IMG/VR virus record: IMGVR_UViG_3300029374_000001
Location: 196,161-260,160 of that record
Direction: 5' to 3' (one strand)
From: a virus
DNA length: 64,000 nucleotides
Shown: one piece after another, positions 17,630 through 28,499 of the stretch
Numbering within the stretch: the first letter of the stretch is position 1
How the letters are laid out: the number at the start of each line of letters is the position of its first letter
Program-made: the position numbers and the translations under genes
Notes under the pieces: model-generated
What the model was told of the DNA's origin: nothing
Database searches by the model: none
The model's input: only the letters and a program-made list of their open reading frames with translations

Positions 17630-18423
17630 ACAATATCATCCCCATTACACATCGTTTTATATTCGTATTCTGAAGTAGACAATCTAAAATAAGAGTTCAA
17701 TAATGAGAAGAATGTATCGGAAGCGTGTTGCATAAATTGAGCTCCATTAGGCGTATGCAGATCAATGTAATTGGATTCATAAGACCCATCAGTTTTAGAT
17801 AGTCTTAAGATCATACAACTATCAATATCATATCCATAATTCAAATTGATCAGATATCGATAAGCTGCTAATTGATAGAAATATTCTGGTTTGATTGCAT
17901 TGGATGTTTTAAAATCCACCAGCATCTTTTCTCCATTGATATCCAAGAGAAGATCATAGGTTCCACCATACCATGGGCATGCCATTTTTTGTTCTTCTCC
18001 AATAACTTTGACCGTATACATTTCTTTTAATGAATCCCACCAAGAATGGAAGGCAGCAATACAACTTTCAGATTCTTTGAGTTCTGTAATATCCTTAATA
18101 TCATTTTGGATATAGTTCTCTATATAATTATGGGTTTCTGTTCCTATAGCGGCAGCAGCATTAAGAGCTTTATGATAACCAATATGCTTAAATCCTAAGC
18201 TATTGGCCCATGATGCAATTCCTGGTCTACCAATTGTTTTGTCTAATATAGAAGTTACTCTCGGCACGTTGACTCCATTGTATGTATATCTATCTGGTGC
18301 TTTTATTCCCTTAATATCTTTTAACGTAGGATAATCTTTAGAAATGAGATCTAATAATTGATCGGTTGTTTTGGTGTCCATAATAATCCTCCTTAAAACT
18401 CTTATGATAATGTATTTATACAA
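17626..18423 (-). CDS. PD-(D/E)xK nuclease, of the RecB-family/lambda-exonuclease/Cas4-like fold; 265 aa.
   Basis: It has the motifs IGEEQ, GTYDLLLD, VDFKTS and YQLAAYRYL (the QxxxY motif). Confidence 0.65.
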   Translation of the reverse strand: MYKYIIIRVLRRIIMDTKTTDQLLDLISKDYPTLKDIKGIKAPDRYTYNGVNVPRVTSILDKTIGRPGIASWANSLGFKHIGYHKALNAAAAIGTETHNYIENYIQNDIKDITELKESESCIAAFHSWWDSLKEMYTVKVIGEEQKMACPWYGGTYDLLLDINGEKMLVDFKTSNAIKPEYFYQLAAYRYLINLNYGYDIDSCMILRLSKTDGSYESNYIDLHTPNGAQFMQHASDTFFSLLNSYFRLSTSEYEYKTMCNGDDIV

Positions 18424-18510
18424 ATAGATTGCTAATTAATCTGGAAAACATACTAATAACTATTGAGTTTGTACAGAAACTAACTTAAATAAGAAAGGAA
18501 GACTGAAATT

Positions 18511-19458
18511 ATGTCAGACGTAAAATCTACAGCATCCCCAATTACCAGTTGCTTTATATACAACAAGATGGCTGGATATACTAAGATTATGACTGATGCG
18601 ATTATGCATGCAGAGAGAATCAATAAAAATACAGAAGCATTTGTAGAAGATGTAGCCTTAGAAGTTAAGAGAGCCAATGTTCCTACAAACACTCTTAAGA
18701 TTTTGAATTCTAAGAATACTCATTTGATTTGGCCTAAAGATTCACTTCCCAGACCAATCAAAGTATTTGCAGCTAAAGATCTGAAAGGCAATAAAAAGAT
18801 CAACGTATTTATTGATTGCACCAATGTTATTAAAACTGGTGCTAATGGAAGATATAAAGTTAATACGAATGTATTACTGGCTTATATTTATTCTGCAAAA
18901 CTGAATATGATGTATTATGGTATTCCTGGCGTATTCTCTAAGAGATCTGCAGATACTACATTATATACAAGAGCTTATGCAAAACTCTTTACACATATTA
19001 TAGACTATATCGGAAATATCTCTGTTATTCCAGATAATAGAGAAAAGATGATGTATATGGCTTCTAAGTTCTTCTTAAATTCTATATTAGCTATTTCCGA
19101 TGAAGATAAGATTGAATCCATTGCAGTTAAAGCTGCTGGGATTACTCAGTCTCAAGCCAATATATTTAGCATCCGTACAGAAGGATTAGATTTTGATTCT
19201 TTACCTGGATTTGTAGATACAGTTAAAGAAGTATTTAAACTGGATAAGCTGACTATTGGTTTAGTTCTGGAAAAATGGATGTTCTTATATGGAGCTGGAT
19301 CTATTTTGGGAATCGAATTCTTGCCATCATTCCTGACAATGGTTACAGATGCATATTGCGGAGTTTATCTCAATAACCAGAAAACAATTGAGAAGATTCT
19401 GAATAAAGACTTAGTAGAAATGGGCAAGATTCTAATCTACGAAAATACTAATATTTAA
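18511..19458 (+). CDS. Hypothetical protein, the first gene of the plus-strand late/structural block; 315 aa.
   Basis: It is an ORF with the SD AAGAAAGGAAG, downstream of a divergent promoter region at 18424..18510. Confidence 0.5.
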   Translation: MSDVKSTASPITSCFIYNKMAGYTKIMTDAIMHAERINKNTEAFVEDVALEVKRANVPTNTLKILNSKNTHLIWPKDSLPRPIKVFAAKDLKGNKKINVFIDCTNVIKTGANGRYKVNTNVLLAYIYSAKLNMMYYGIPGVFSKRSADTTLYTRAYAKLFTHIIDYIGNISVIPDNREKMMYMASKFFLNSILAISDEDKIESIAVKAAGITQSQANIFSIRTEGLDFDSLPGFVDTVKEVFKLDKLTIGLVLEKWMFLYGAGSILGIEFLPSFLTMVTDAYCGVYLNNQKTIEKILNKDLVEMGKILIYENTNI

Positions 19459-19524
19459 TTTGATCATAAATAATTGGGTGAAGGTTAATGCCTTCATCCA
19501 TTATTTTTAAGAAGGTGAGAATTA

Positions 19525-22500
19525 ATGGATTATGACGTTCTGATTAATTTACGATTCAGAAAGAATGAAGGATCAACAGATTTAGCAAAAACAACATGGA
19601 ATTCCATGGTCATTCATAAAAACGTGCGAACAGAATCTATCGATTATTCTGCGGCCGGAAGATTTACTGGGGAATGTGCATATTTTGATGGGGAAATTTC
19701 TCAGTTAAAGAAAATGAATGGTGGAAAGTTTACCATTAATGGAACCACAGATATGACGATATCGGTATGGTTTAATAGTGATCCGACAGAATCCAATCTG
19801 AATCAATATTTTATCAATGGGAATAGTCTGAATAAGACAGATAACAATTCCTTCTATATGAAGTATGATGACGTTCATCATACATTAAAATTAGTATTGG
19901 TAGATAGAGCGCATAGAAAAATAGAATCGAATGATATTTCCGCTTTATATAAGAAGAATGAATGGAATCATATTGCCGCTATCAGAAGTAATGGACAGAC
20001 AGGATTGTATCTGAATGGGCAGTTAGTATCTACATTAAATGGAGCTTCTGCTATCTATGAGTTTACTTCTTCTGTATGTATGGTTGGTAAAGGATATGAT
20101 GAAGATCATTTGATCTTTGGAACAATGAAGGGATATCTGGATGATTTAGTTGTTATGAGACATGCTCTGACAATTAATGCAGATAGTACAATTGATGTTC
20201 CTACCGACTATTTGATGAATATTATTGATCCTGCTTTAACCGAAGAATCTCCAGAAAACATATGGACAGAAGATGAACGAGAATATTCCAGATATGATGA
20301 TATTGTAAATACTATCGAATGGAAACGATTCAATACTAAAAGAGCCATTTATTATAGACAACATGGATTGATTCCTTATCGCTTAAATGAAGTTTATGAA
20401 CCAATTGATACCAATATTCCCGACTGGATTAGACCTGTTATACATGGAGCCTATTCTGTACTGGATAAGGTCTCTTATAATTCTGGAGATCTATATGCCA
20501 GCAATAAGAATAAGAATGATTCTATTCCAGGAACCAATAAAGATTGGACACAGATCGATTGGGCTTCTAACAATCACCCGACGTGGTCTCTAAGAAAAGC
20601 AATGTACAAATATATGCAGAAATGTATATATAAGAAGAGAGTTTATCAATCTCAGATTAACTATAACAAGGATGTACCTTGCTATTGGTTAAAAGTAGAT
20701 GAAACTGAAGTGGATGTTCCTGAAGATACTCCAAAATGGACTGACTACGATGTCTATAAAGAAAATGATTTGGTCAGATATAATGATATTGCTTATCAAT
20801 CTACTATAGCTAATAATATTAATCATACTCCTGGAGATATCTCTAAATGGAAAGAAGTTGGAGGAAGTCTGAGTTCTTTAGAAGACTGGTCTGAACCCAA
20901 TCCATTTATGAAAGGTGATATTGTTAAACAAGATGGTGTACTATACTATTCTAACGTAGATGATAATATATTTGAACCTAAGACTCATATCGTACAATGG
21001 ACTCCATTCTTAGCCTGGAAGATGTGTACTTATACTAATACATATCAAAAGGGAGATAAAGTAGATTATAATGGACAGACTTTTGTTTGTACTCAAAACG
21101 AATCTCATTTAGCCCCTGACGAATATAGAAGCAGATTCTTCTATAAATCTTTGGTTAATAATAATAAAGCCATTCCTGGAGCATCTTCTTCTTGGAAGAG
21201 AATCTATGAGTCCGATTTAACCGTAGATCAGATACAGAGAGCTTCTGAACATAAGAAAGGTGTTTCTTATAATAAAAATACATTGGTTAAAGTGACTGAT
21301 GGAGATTGGTATCTGACAACCAATGCAGATATATATGCTAAAGACGGGGTCTTTGTTGTTAATAGAGACTATAATGCAATTGGTATTAGACTCTATAGTG
21401 CAGTAGATAATTTCTTCTTAAGCAATAATATCAATAGACAGAAGTTCAATATGAATTATCTGACAGCATATAAGACCAAATGGATTGGTGGATATATGCT
21501 GATGATCAATGGAAAATTTATTCCGTGGGAAGATATTAATGTTGTACGATCTGATCGATATGTAACTTTGTTTGTATCTAAGCTGCCTAGACAAACTCAG
21601 ATAAAAAAAGTAGATTTAATTCATATTCCATTTAGAGTAACATATTCTGATCATGGATTTATTCCTGAGAAGGGTATTAAGTTATTTGGGTTTGAGAAAA
21701 ATAAATCTTGTGGGAATGATTATATTATATCCACGACTAATACCAATGTAAGATGCTTGGAATATTCTGGAACTAGATTTGATAATTTGTATTTAGATAC
21801 AAATCTAACTCATAAGATTACCAAAGCCAATATCTATGTATTCAAAGAAGATGGAACTCTAATTGATCAGGATAAATATACCATATCTGCCGCCAATATA
21901 TTCAATATGACAACAGATGGTAAAACGAAATATAGAGTCATCGTTATTTGGTATATCAATGAAAATCAGTCTGAAGATAATTTGTCTTTGATTCCAAATA
22001 TGGAAGATGTCAGAAAATATGTTATCTATCCAGATACAGATCAAGATAAAGCTCCTATCAGTTTACAATATTTAAAGACTGAATTTGATTTTGGTCATGT
22101 ACATCAGAAAACCTTTGATGATAATATCGATACTTCTATGGGATATATCTTTGGATATAATAAGAACAAATACGATGAGGTTTATGAACACGTTAGACCA
22201 GTTAATATGGAAGAATACTCAGAAGAAACTATGAATTGTTTAAAGAGAACAATCAAAATTCTTTTGACAGAAAATGATCTAGACGTATTACTACATTCCT
22301 ATGTAATGGTCAATGATTATACGTTGGTAGAATTGACTGAGCAGAATAAAAATAAGTTTTTGAATAAAACGATCTTTATGAAGCTTAGAAAAGAAATTCC
22401 TATTCGTATTACTTCATCAAATGTAAATAAACTGATTGGTAGTACAATTAAAGATGATACGTCTAAGTATGCTGTACAACTAACCAACGTTAATAAAGAT

Positions 22501-24855
22501 AAATATATTGGCAAAGATGTTATTCTGAAAGGAATGAGCGTATTTAAGAATAATACATTCGTTACTGATCATATTATCATGAGTAGAGATATTTATGATA
22601 AGATGGATTATAAGAATAATACGCATGTCATTCTCTTTAAACGTGGTATGCTTCCTAAATGGTATAATACTATTAAATATACCAATGATCAGTTTTATTT
22701 CAAAGATTTACCTAGATCTGGTGATAATAAAGTTACTTTTGTTCATACAGAAAATCAGACTATTTTTGCAGAGTGTAATGGTATGGTATACGATAGTAGA
22801 ACGAATCCTGGCGGATTTATGACGGAAGATGGATCTGAAATTAAAGTATGGGTTGTAGCTGATCCTGGATATTTTGCTGGCGAACCAAATATGACAGATG
22901 GTATTATTTATGAAAATACAAGTCTGTCTGCTACAGATGCTATTCCAATGATTAGAACAGTTAGAATTATTCCATCTGCCCATCAGACAATTCGTGTAAC
23001 GATAGTAGGTAATGATATGAAGCCTGGTTCGGTTAGTCCTGGAACAGAATATATATGTAAAGATACAGAAGTATCGTTTACTGTTCCATATGCTACAAAG
23101 ATTAAAGCATCCATTAGTGCGGATACTGGATATGATGTAGGTAAATTGAACTTAACCGAAGTAACTGTTAAAGCAGATACTACGATTAGAGCATCGGTAG
23201 CAAATCTTCATATATACAATATCGTATTACGCAATCTGGATCCTGTCAATCAGGATTTCAAAGCAGTATGCAATGGTAAAACATATACCACTACATTTAC
23301 TGGAACATATAGTCAGACATATACGTTATCTGCCACATCTAAGAAAAAAGGATATTCTCCTGGACGTATCACAGATCCTGGAAATGGAGTTATTACAAAA
23401 GATACTGTATGTACGGTCGGAGCAGTTATTCTTAAGGAATATACCATAAAGATTTTGCCCACTGATAATCAACTCTTAGAAGTTATTTATAAAGGCAAGA
23501 CGTATTATGAACGAGACTCTTTCCATGTAAATTATGGAGATACGTATAATGTCTCTGTAACTTCGGATAATGGATATAATGCAGGTAAACCTAAAGCATC
23601 CGATAATGGTTTAGGAAGTATTCATGTACAGAATGACAATGAAAAGCAACGTCAAATCTTAACAGCTACTGGTACTGTAGGAGATAACGGAGAAATTGTT
23701 ATTAGTGCAGAACCCGCTGTAAGAAAGATGTATACAATCAATATTCAACAGTCCGATCATCAGACGATTGAAGTTGTCTATAATGGACAGCCACATACCA
23801 ATACATTTGAAGTTCCATATGGAGCTGAAATTACTACAAGAATTGTCAATGTAGAAACTGGTTATAATGCTGGTAAAGTTAATATTGATAAGACAACTGT
23901 TACATCTAATATTACAATTATGGCTACACCGGCCGTACTTAACTGGTATACAGTTCATATCATTCAATCAGCACATCAGACTGTATTTGTAGAATCTGAT
24001 GGTGCGGATCATACTTCAGATTATGGTATACGTGCTGGAACACAATGGTATGCTCGAGTTATTCCAGAACAGGGATATCTCTCGCCTGGCTTAAATGGTC
24101 CATCTTCTGGAGTTATATCTTCAGATATAACAGTTTCTGCACAAGAGGCTCAGATTGCTCCAAACAATAAGACTTTCCATATGCTCAAAGCTCGATATGA
24201 TCGTGGAGCTGGATATTGTAGTTTCTATACTGACGATAGATTAGAATATGGCGGAAGTATGATGGATGAAGTTGGATGGGTCGAACCTAATAGAATTTTG
24301 GAAAGTAATGGTTATAAAGTTTGTATAGAAGCATTTTATAGTAGAATGTACAACGGCTGGCGTCCGCCGAATGAATATAATTTATACCCGCAAGAATATA
24401 AAAAAACTGGAAAGCATAAATATACTGGAGGCTGGTGGGTATATCGAACATATTTCAATATATCTAATGAAGACGGTGGTAAAGATGCATACCGAGTACA
24501 AAAAGTTAAAATTCATGCAGTTACTCCATTATCATCTTATAATCATACAGATTTTAGCGATATTGTTATGGATAAATACTATGTGGATAAATTTAATAGA
24601 GAATGTGATCCGCTATATGATGAAGATAGAGTATATCATCGATTAGATCCTGCTTATCTTCGTACAGAGCGCGGCGGATATTGGGGCAAAATTTTCTATT
24701 ATGATACGATTATTAAATTTGCTGGTTGGCCAGATCCATCGTCAAGAGATCCTTCAAAATATAGAGAAAATGGATTTAACTTATGGGGAATCGAGGGCAT
24801 GAATCGCGATACCCTAATAGATACTCAATTTACATTTGAATTATTTGGTATTTAG
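19525..24855 (+). CDS. Giant tail fibre/adhesin, 1776 aa. It has an N-terminal LamG/concanavalin-like lectin domain, three CBM5/12-like W-repeats and C-terminal Ig-like repeats.
   Basis: The LamG pattern is TISVWFNSD ... NEWNHIAAIRSNGQTGLYLNGQLV ... GYLDDLVVM. Three repeats of W..Y..GD.V.YN...Y lie between aa 390 and 560. Five or more roughly 75-aa repeats begin YT(I/V)x(I/V)xQSxHQT(I/V)xV and contain GYxAG. Confidence 0.75.
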   Translation: MDYDVLINLRFRKNEGSTDLAKTTWNSMVIHKNVRTESIDYSAAGRFTGECAYFDGEISQLKKMNGGKFTINGTTDMTISVWFNSDPTESNLNQYFINGNSLNKTDNNSFYMKYDDVHHTLKLVLVDRAHRKIESNDISALYKKNEWNHIAAIRSNGQTGLYLNGQLVSTLNGASAIYEFTSSVCMVGKGYDEDHLIFGTMKGYLDDLVVMRHALTINADSTIDVPTDYLMNIIDPALTEESPENIWTEDEREYSRYDDIVNTIEWKRFNTKRAIYYRQHGLIPYRLNEVYEPIDTNIPDWIRPVIHGAYSVLDKVSYNSGDLYASNKNKNDSIPGTNKDWTQIDWASNNHPTWSLRKAMYKYMQKCIYKKRVYQSQINYNKDVPCYWLKVDETEVDVPEDTPKWTDYDVYKENDLVRYNDIAYQSTIANNINHTPGDISKWKEVGGSLSSLEDWSEPNPFMKGDIVKQDGVLYYSNVDDNIFEPKTHIVQWTPFLAWKMCTYTNTYQKGDKVDYNGQTFVCTQNESHLAPDEYRSRFFYKSLVNNNKAIPGASSSWKRIYESDLTVDQIQRASEHKKGVSYNKNTLVKVTDGDWYLTTNADIYAKDGVFVVNRDYNAIGIRLYSAVDNFFLSNNINRQKFNMNYLTAYKTKWIGGYMLMINGKFIPWEDINVVRSDRYVTLFVSKLPRQTQIKKVDLIHIPFRVTYSDHGFIPEKGIKLFGFEKNKSCGNDYIISTTNTNVRCLEYSGTRFDNLYLDTNLTHKITKANIYVFKEDGTLIDQDKYTISAANIFNMTTDGKTKYRVIVIWYINENQSEDNLSLIPNMEDVRKYVIYPDTDQDKAPISLQYLKTEFDFGHVHQKTFDDNIDTSMGYIFGYNKNKYDEVYEHVRPVNMEEYSEETMNCLKRTIKILLTENDLDVLLHSYVMVNDYTLVELTEQNKNKFLNKTIFMKLRKEIPIRITSSNVNKLIGSTIKDDTSKYAVQLTNVNKDKYIGKDVILKGMSVFKNNTFVTDHIIMSRDIYDKMDYKNNTHVILFKRGMLPKWYNTIKYTNDQFYFKDLPRSGDNKVTFVHTENQTIFAECNGMVYDSRTNPGGFMTEDGSEIKVWVVADPGYFAGEPNMTDGIIYENTSLSATDAIPMIRTVRIIPSAHQTIRVTIVGNDMKPGSVSPGTEYICKDTEVSFTVPYATKIKASISADTGYDVGKLNLTEVTVKADTTIRASVANLHIYNIVLRNLDPVNQDFKAVCNGKTYTTTFTGTYSQTYTLSATSKKKGYSPGRITDPGNGVITKDTVCTVGAVILKEYTIKILPTDNQLLEVIYKGKTYYERDSFHVNYGDTYNVSVTSDNGYNAGKPKASDNGLGSIHVQNDNEKQRQILTATGTVGDNGEIVISAEPAVRKMYTINIQQSDHQTIEVVYNGQPHTNTFEVPYGAEITTRIVNVETGYNAGKVNIDKTTVTSNITIMATPAVLNWYTVHIIQSAHQTVFVESDGADHTSDYGIRAGTQWYARVIPEQGYLSPGLNGPSSGVISSDITVSAQEAQIAPNNKTFHMLKARYDRGAGYCSFYTDDRLEYGGSMMDEVGWVEPNRILESNGYKVCIEAFYSRMYNGWRPPNEYNLYPQEYKKTGKHKYTGGWWVYRTYFNISNEDGGKDAYRVQKVKIHAVTPLSSYNHTDFSDIVMDKYYVDKFNRECDPLYDEDRVYHRLDPAYLRTERGGYWGKIFYYDTIIKFAGWPDPSSRDPSKYRENGFNLWGIEGMNRDTLIDTQFTFELFGI

Positions 24856-24870
24856 GAGGTAGAAATATAA

Positions 24871-27800
24871 ATGTCAGATAAAACTTACAATTACTCTACC
24901 ACTAATATCAAGGGGTATGAGGTTTGTTATTTCAGAAATATCTGCAACGAAATTATTCCTTATCCTGTAGATGGGTTAGATTATCTGCCTATAGATAATG
25001 GATACTATTACATTGCACAAGAAGATATTATTCTTTATACTACGGTTAAGGGCGAATATAATCTTTGCCCTATACCGTATACTATAGATGCTATTAATAA
25101 TAAAATCATTCCTAAGAATCCTAAATATAAGAAGCATAAATTGTATTATGGATCTCGTAATCAGTTTATCTATAAACGAATTCCTATTATGACAAAGACG
25201 ATGTCTTTACCATTACCCTATGCTTTCCGTTCTGGATACAATCCAAACAATTATTTCATATTCTTAAATGGAAGACTATTAAACTCTGTATTCTATAAGA
25301 TTATGATTCCTTCTTTAGATAATAATTTGATTGATCAGAAGGCTATCTATTTTACATCTGAATTAACCCCTCAGGATACATTAGATGTCTTCTATATTTC
25401 GAATAACTCATTTAATCGTATGAATGGTTCTGGTGACCTAGTTGTCAAACCATTCAAGATTAAAGCTACAGAACCTATACAAAGAAAGTTCTTAATTCCT
25501 GCTCCATATAAAGAATATCCTGTTCATGATTATAATTCATTTATAGTTATTGCTCATGGAATTAGAATGTCTACTGATAAATATCATATCGTTAACGAAG
25601 ATGATAAGTATTATATTGAATTCCCTGATGCGGATGATTATCTGATTTATGATGATGATTTGGTATTCTTGTTTCCGTATTATAGAGCAGATTGGGAAAC
25701 AACAGACGCTTTGTCTAAATCTAATACGTTAAACTTCATTACAACGTATAAGAAGATGCCTATCGATACAGTAGAAATGACATTTGATGTTACTTCATTA
25801 GGAGATATTGTCAGCAATAATTCGGTCTATGTATTTACAGGCACAAAGTTATTAAACTCTAATGAGTATACGTTTACTGCTCCTAATAAAATTCATTTTC
25901 GTCATGTAGTTCCTGCGAATACAGAAGTTGCATTGGTTATAGAAACAGATAGAGATAAGATTGAAGATAATAATGCATTTGTTAATTATGTCAATCTCCC
26001 AGTAGTGACTGATGGACAATGGGCATTGCAATTACCATTCTCTGATAATCCGAAGTCATATATCTTCTTTAGAAAAGGAGAATTGATTCCTCAGTCTCAT
26101 TACTCTATCGTAAATAATCAATTCATTTTAGGAAGAAACTATAACAACTTACATGCTGGAGAAACTATAACTGCTATTTATACTACAGACGGTTCTGATA
26201 ACTTCAATAATGTAAACTTCCATTCTTATGAATTGGTAGCTAAAGAAGACGATCAGATTCAAATCCCCAATGAAGTAAGTTTGAGATATTCTACTTCTAA
26301 TATTTTTGTCTTTATTAATAATGGATTTGTATCTCCTGCTCATTATAGTATAGCTGGGAATACCCTGAAGTTTAAAGAGAAGAATATCTTAACTAAGAAT
26401 GATGATATCAATATCTTCTTATTATATAAGACGATTAATTCTCTCAGAGTACCCTATAAAGTTTCTGATAAAGATCGTATACAGTTTGTAGAGCGTCATC
26501 AAGTAGCAGAAGAGGACAATCAAAAGACATTTGAAATTCCTTATCCCGATAAAGAATTGACTGGATATTCAGATGCTCCATATATGATCTTCTTAAGAGG
26601 ATTATTTGTTCCGGAATCTCAATATACCCAGACAGAAAATAAAGATACGGATAAAAAATACATTACCTTTATAGATGATCTGGATAGTATTAAACAAGGA
26701 GATCAGATTGATTTTGTATTCTGTTATACTCCAGGATATACAACGATCACTAAGAAGGAATACAATACTGAATTAACCTATGAAGAAACTTCTTCTATTA
26801 AACTTCCCTATGTATATATAGAACCGATCAATTTATCCGAACGAGTTATGCTATTCTATGGTGGATCTTATATAGATGCTTCCAGATATACAATAGATAG
26901 AAATACTCGTATCGTAAAATTCAAAGACTTACCTTATGAAAAAGATAAGAAAAGAACTATAACGGCCGTATTCTTCTATACTGGAAATACCAATATAGGT
27001 ACTGTAGGGTATATTCCTCAGTCTGGTTATATTTATTTTGATGACCATCAGATTGATCGTAATCTAAATAAAGAAATGCTAATGATCTTTGTTAATGGTT
27101 TATTGGTTCCTAAATCCAATGTATTTGATATATCTAATTCTGTTAAGAAAGTAACCAGAAATCTAAAGACAAGATATGATCTGAATATCATTAATTGTTC
27201 TCCATTGGTTACAGAATTTAAGAAGCTGTATGATCCTAAGAATAATGCGTTGCATTATACGGTAAAAGTCGTACAGACTCCTAATCAGAAAATTACTATA
27301 TCCAGCACATTATCTGGTAAGAAATATCATACTTCTTTCGTAGCACAAGAAAAAGATAGTCTATATATGACTATAGAAGCAGATACAGGATATAAACCTG
27401 GTAAAACTATGATTAATGGAACTCCGGGATATTATTATAGTAATTTAAATAAAGATTTGGTTGTTACGGCCACACCAGCTACATCAGTACAAATGTATAC
27501 GGTAACTGTAGAACAGACTCCAAATCAGATTATTTCTGTTACATGTAATGGAAATGTATATGTAGATTCATTTAAAGCGCCTGCTGGATCTAAATTTACT
27601 GTTAAAGTAAGTGGATCCAGAGATGGATATATTCCTGGTAATCCGAATATAAAATCTGGAACGGTCAATGGTAATATAACCATCAAAGCCAATCCGGCTA
27701 CAGTTAAGACCTTTACAATAAAGATCTTAGATCTGAATTTGGATAAACAGAGAGTATATTTATCTATTACAGATCCCGGAGGCCACACCAACGAATTTAA

Positions 27801-28497
27801 TGCTCCATGTACCGTAGAGGGCGTTAAATATGGATCTCAGTTTAAATTTACGGCTGATGTTACTGATTCTACCTATCAAGTATGTAAATATATTGGTCCA
27901 TTCATGATCAATAAGATTTATCATGCAGATTATAGATATCCATTAGATAACTTAGTTGCAGAGCCAGCCAAGAAGAGTATCAAACGACATATTAAACTCT
28001 ATCCAGCAGTTAATGAAACATTATTTATGAATACTTGGTCTCAGTATGATGATACTAATAAGATTAGACACGAAGCCAAAGCTGATACAGATGTGTTGGA
28101 ATTTGATGTATCGGATGGAGATTGCTATGAATTAGGATCTGTGGCGGATTACGGTTACGTTGCCGGTAATATAACCTGTTCTACTGGAGAATTAACTGGT
28201 ATTGTAGAGTCTGATATTACAGCAGCTATAGAAGAGGCAGTAACGTTTGTTCCTATGATGATTGTTACCAGAGATACACATACATCCAGCCAATATGTTA
28301 TCCAAGTATCATTTGGAGACGGATATCAAGATGTGAATGAAGGTATTTATAGTATACGTCCAGGAACAACTTATATTTGTCGAGCTATTTTACATAATGA
28401 AGTCGTATTTACTAAGAATGGTATTATGCCAGATTATAACGTAATAGCAACAATTAAACCGGATGGCACAATTACAGTAGAGAAAGGAGTTGAATAA
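24871..28497 (+). CDS. Large tail fibre-like structural protein, 1208 aa, sharing the Ig-like repeat domain.
   Basis: It has the SD AGGAGGTAGAAATATAAATG. Its repeats include YTVKVVQTPNQKITIS, YTVTVEQTPNQIISVT ... GYIPGNP and FTIKILDL. Confidence 0.65.
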   Translation: MSDKTYNYSTTNIKGYEVCYFRNICNEIIPYPVDGLDYLPIDNGYYYIAQEDIILYTTVKGEYNLCPIPYTIDAINNKIIPKNPKYKKHKLYYGSRNQFIYKRIPIMTKTMSLPLPYAFRSGYNPNNYFIFLNGRLLNSVFYKIMIPSLDNNLIDQKAIYFTSELTPQDTLDVFYISNNSFNRMNGSGDLVVKPFKIKATEPIQRKFLIPAPYKEYPVHDYNSFIVIAHGIRMSTDKYHIVNEDDKYYIEFPDADDYLIYDDDLVFLFPYYRADWETTDALSKSNTLNFITTYKKMPIDTVEMTFDVTSLGDIVSNNSVYVFTGTKLLNSNEYTFTAPNKIHFRHVVPANTEVALVIETDRDKIEDNNAFVNYVNLPVVTDGQWALQLPFSDNPKSYIFFRKGELIPQSHYSIVNNQFILGRNYNNLHAGETITAIYTTDGSDNFNNVNFHSYELVAKEDDQIQIPNEVSLRYSTSNIFVFINNGFVSPAHYSIAGNTLKFKEKNILTKNDDINIFLLYKTINSLRVPYKVSDKDRIQFVERHQVAEEDNQKTFEIPYPDKELTGYSDAPYMIFLRGLFVPESQYTQTENKDTDKKYITFIDDLDSIKQGDQIDFVFCYTPGYTTITKKEYNTELTYEETSSIKLPYVYIEPINLSERVMLFYGGSYIDASRYTIDRNTRIVKFKDLPYEKDKKRTITAVFFYTGNTNIGTVGYIPQSGYIYFDDHQIDRNLNKEMLMIFVNGLLVPKSNVFDISNSVKKVTRNLKTRYDLNIINCSPLVTEFKKLYDPKNNALHYTVKVVQTPNQKITISSTLSGKKYHTSFVAQEKDSLYMTIEADTGYKPGKTMINGTPGYYYSNLNKDLVVTATPATSVQMYTVTVEQTPNQIISVTCNGNVYVDSFKAPAGSKFTVKVSGSRDGYIPGNPNIKSGTVNGNITIKANPATVKTFTIKILDLNLDKQRVYLSITDPGGHTNEFNAPCTVEGVKYGSQFKFTADVTDSTYQVCKYIGPFMINKIYHADYRYPLDNLVAEPAKKSIKRHIKLYPAVNETLFMNTWSQYDDTNKIRHEAKADTDVLEFDVSDGDCYELGSVADYGYVAGNITCSTGELTGIVESDITAAIEEAVTFVPMMIVTRDTHTSSQYVIQVSFGDGYQDVNEGIYSIRPGTTYICRAILHNEVVFTKNGIMPDYNVIATIKPDGTITVEKGVE

Positions 28498-28499
28498 GA

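Noticed and set aside
18480-18692. 70-aa minus-strand ORF overlapping the start of the 18511..19458 gene.
   Set aside because: It is hydrophobic low-complexity antisense of the first plus-strand structural gene. It has no RBS and lies in the divergent promoter region.
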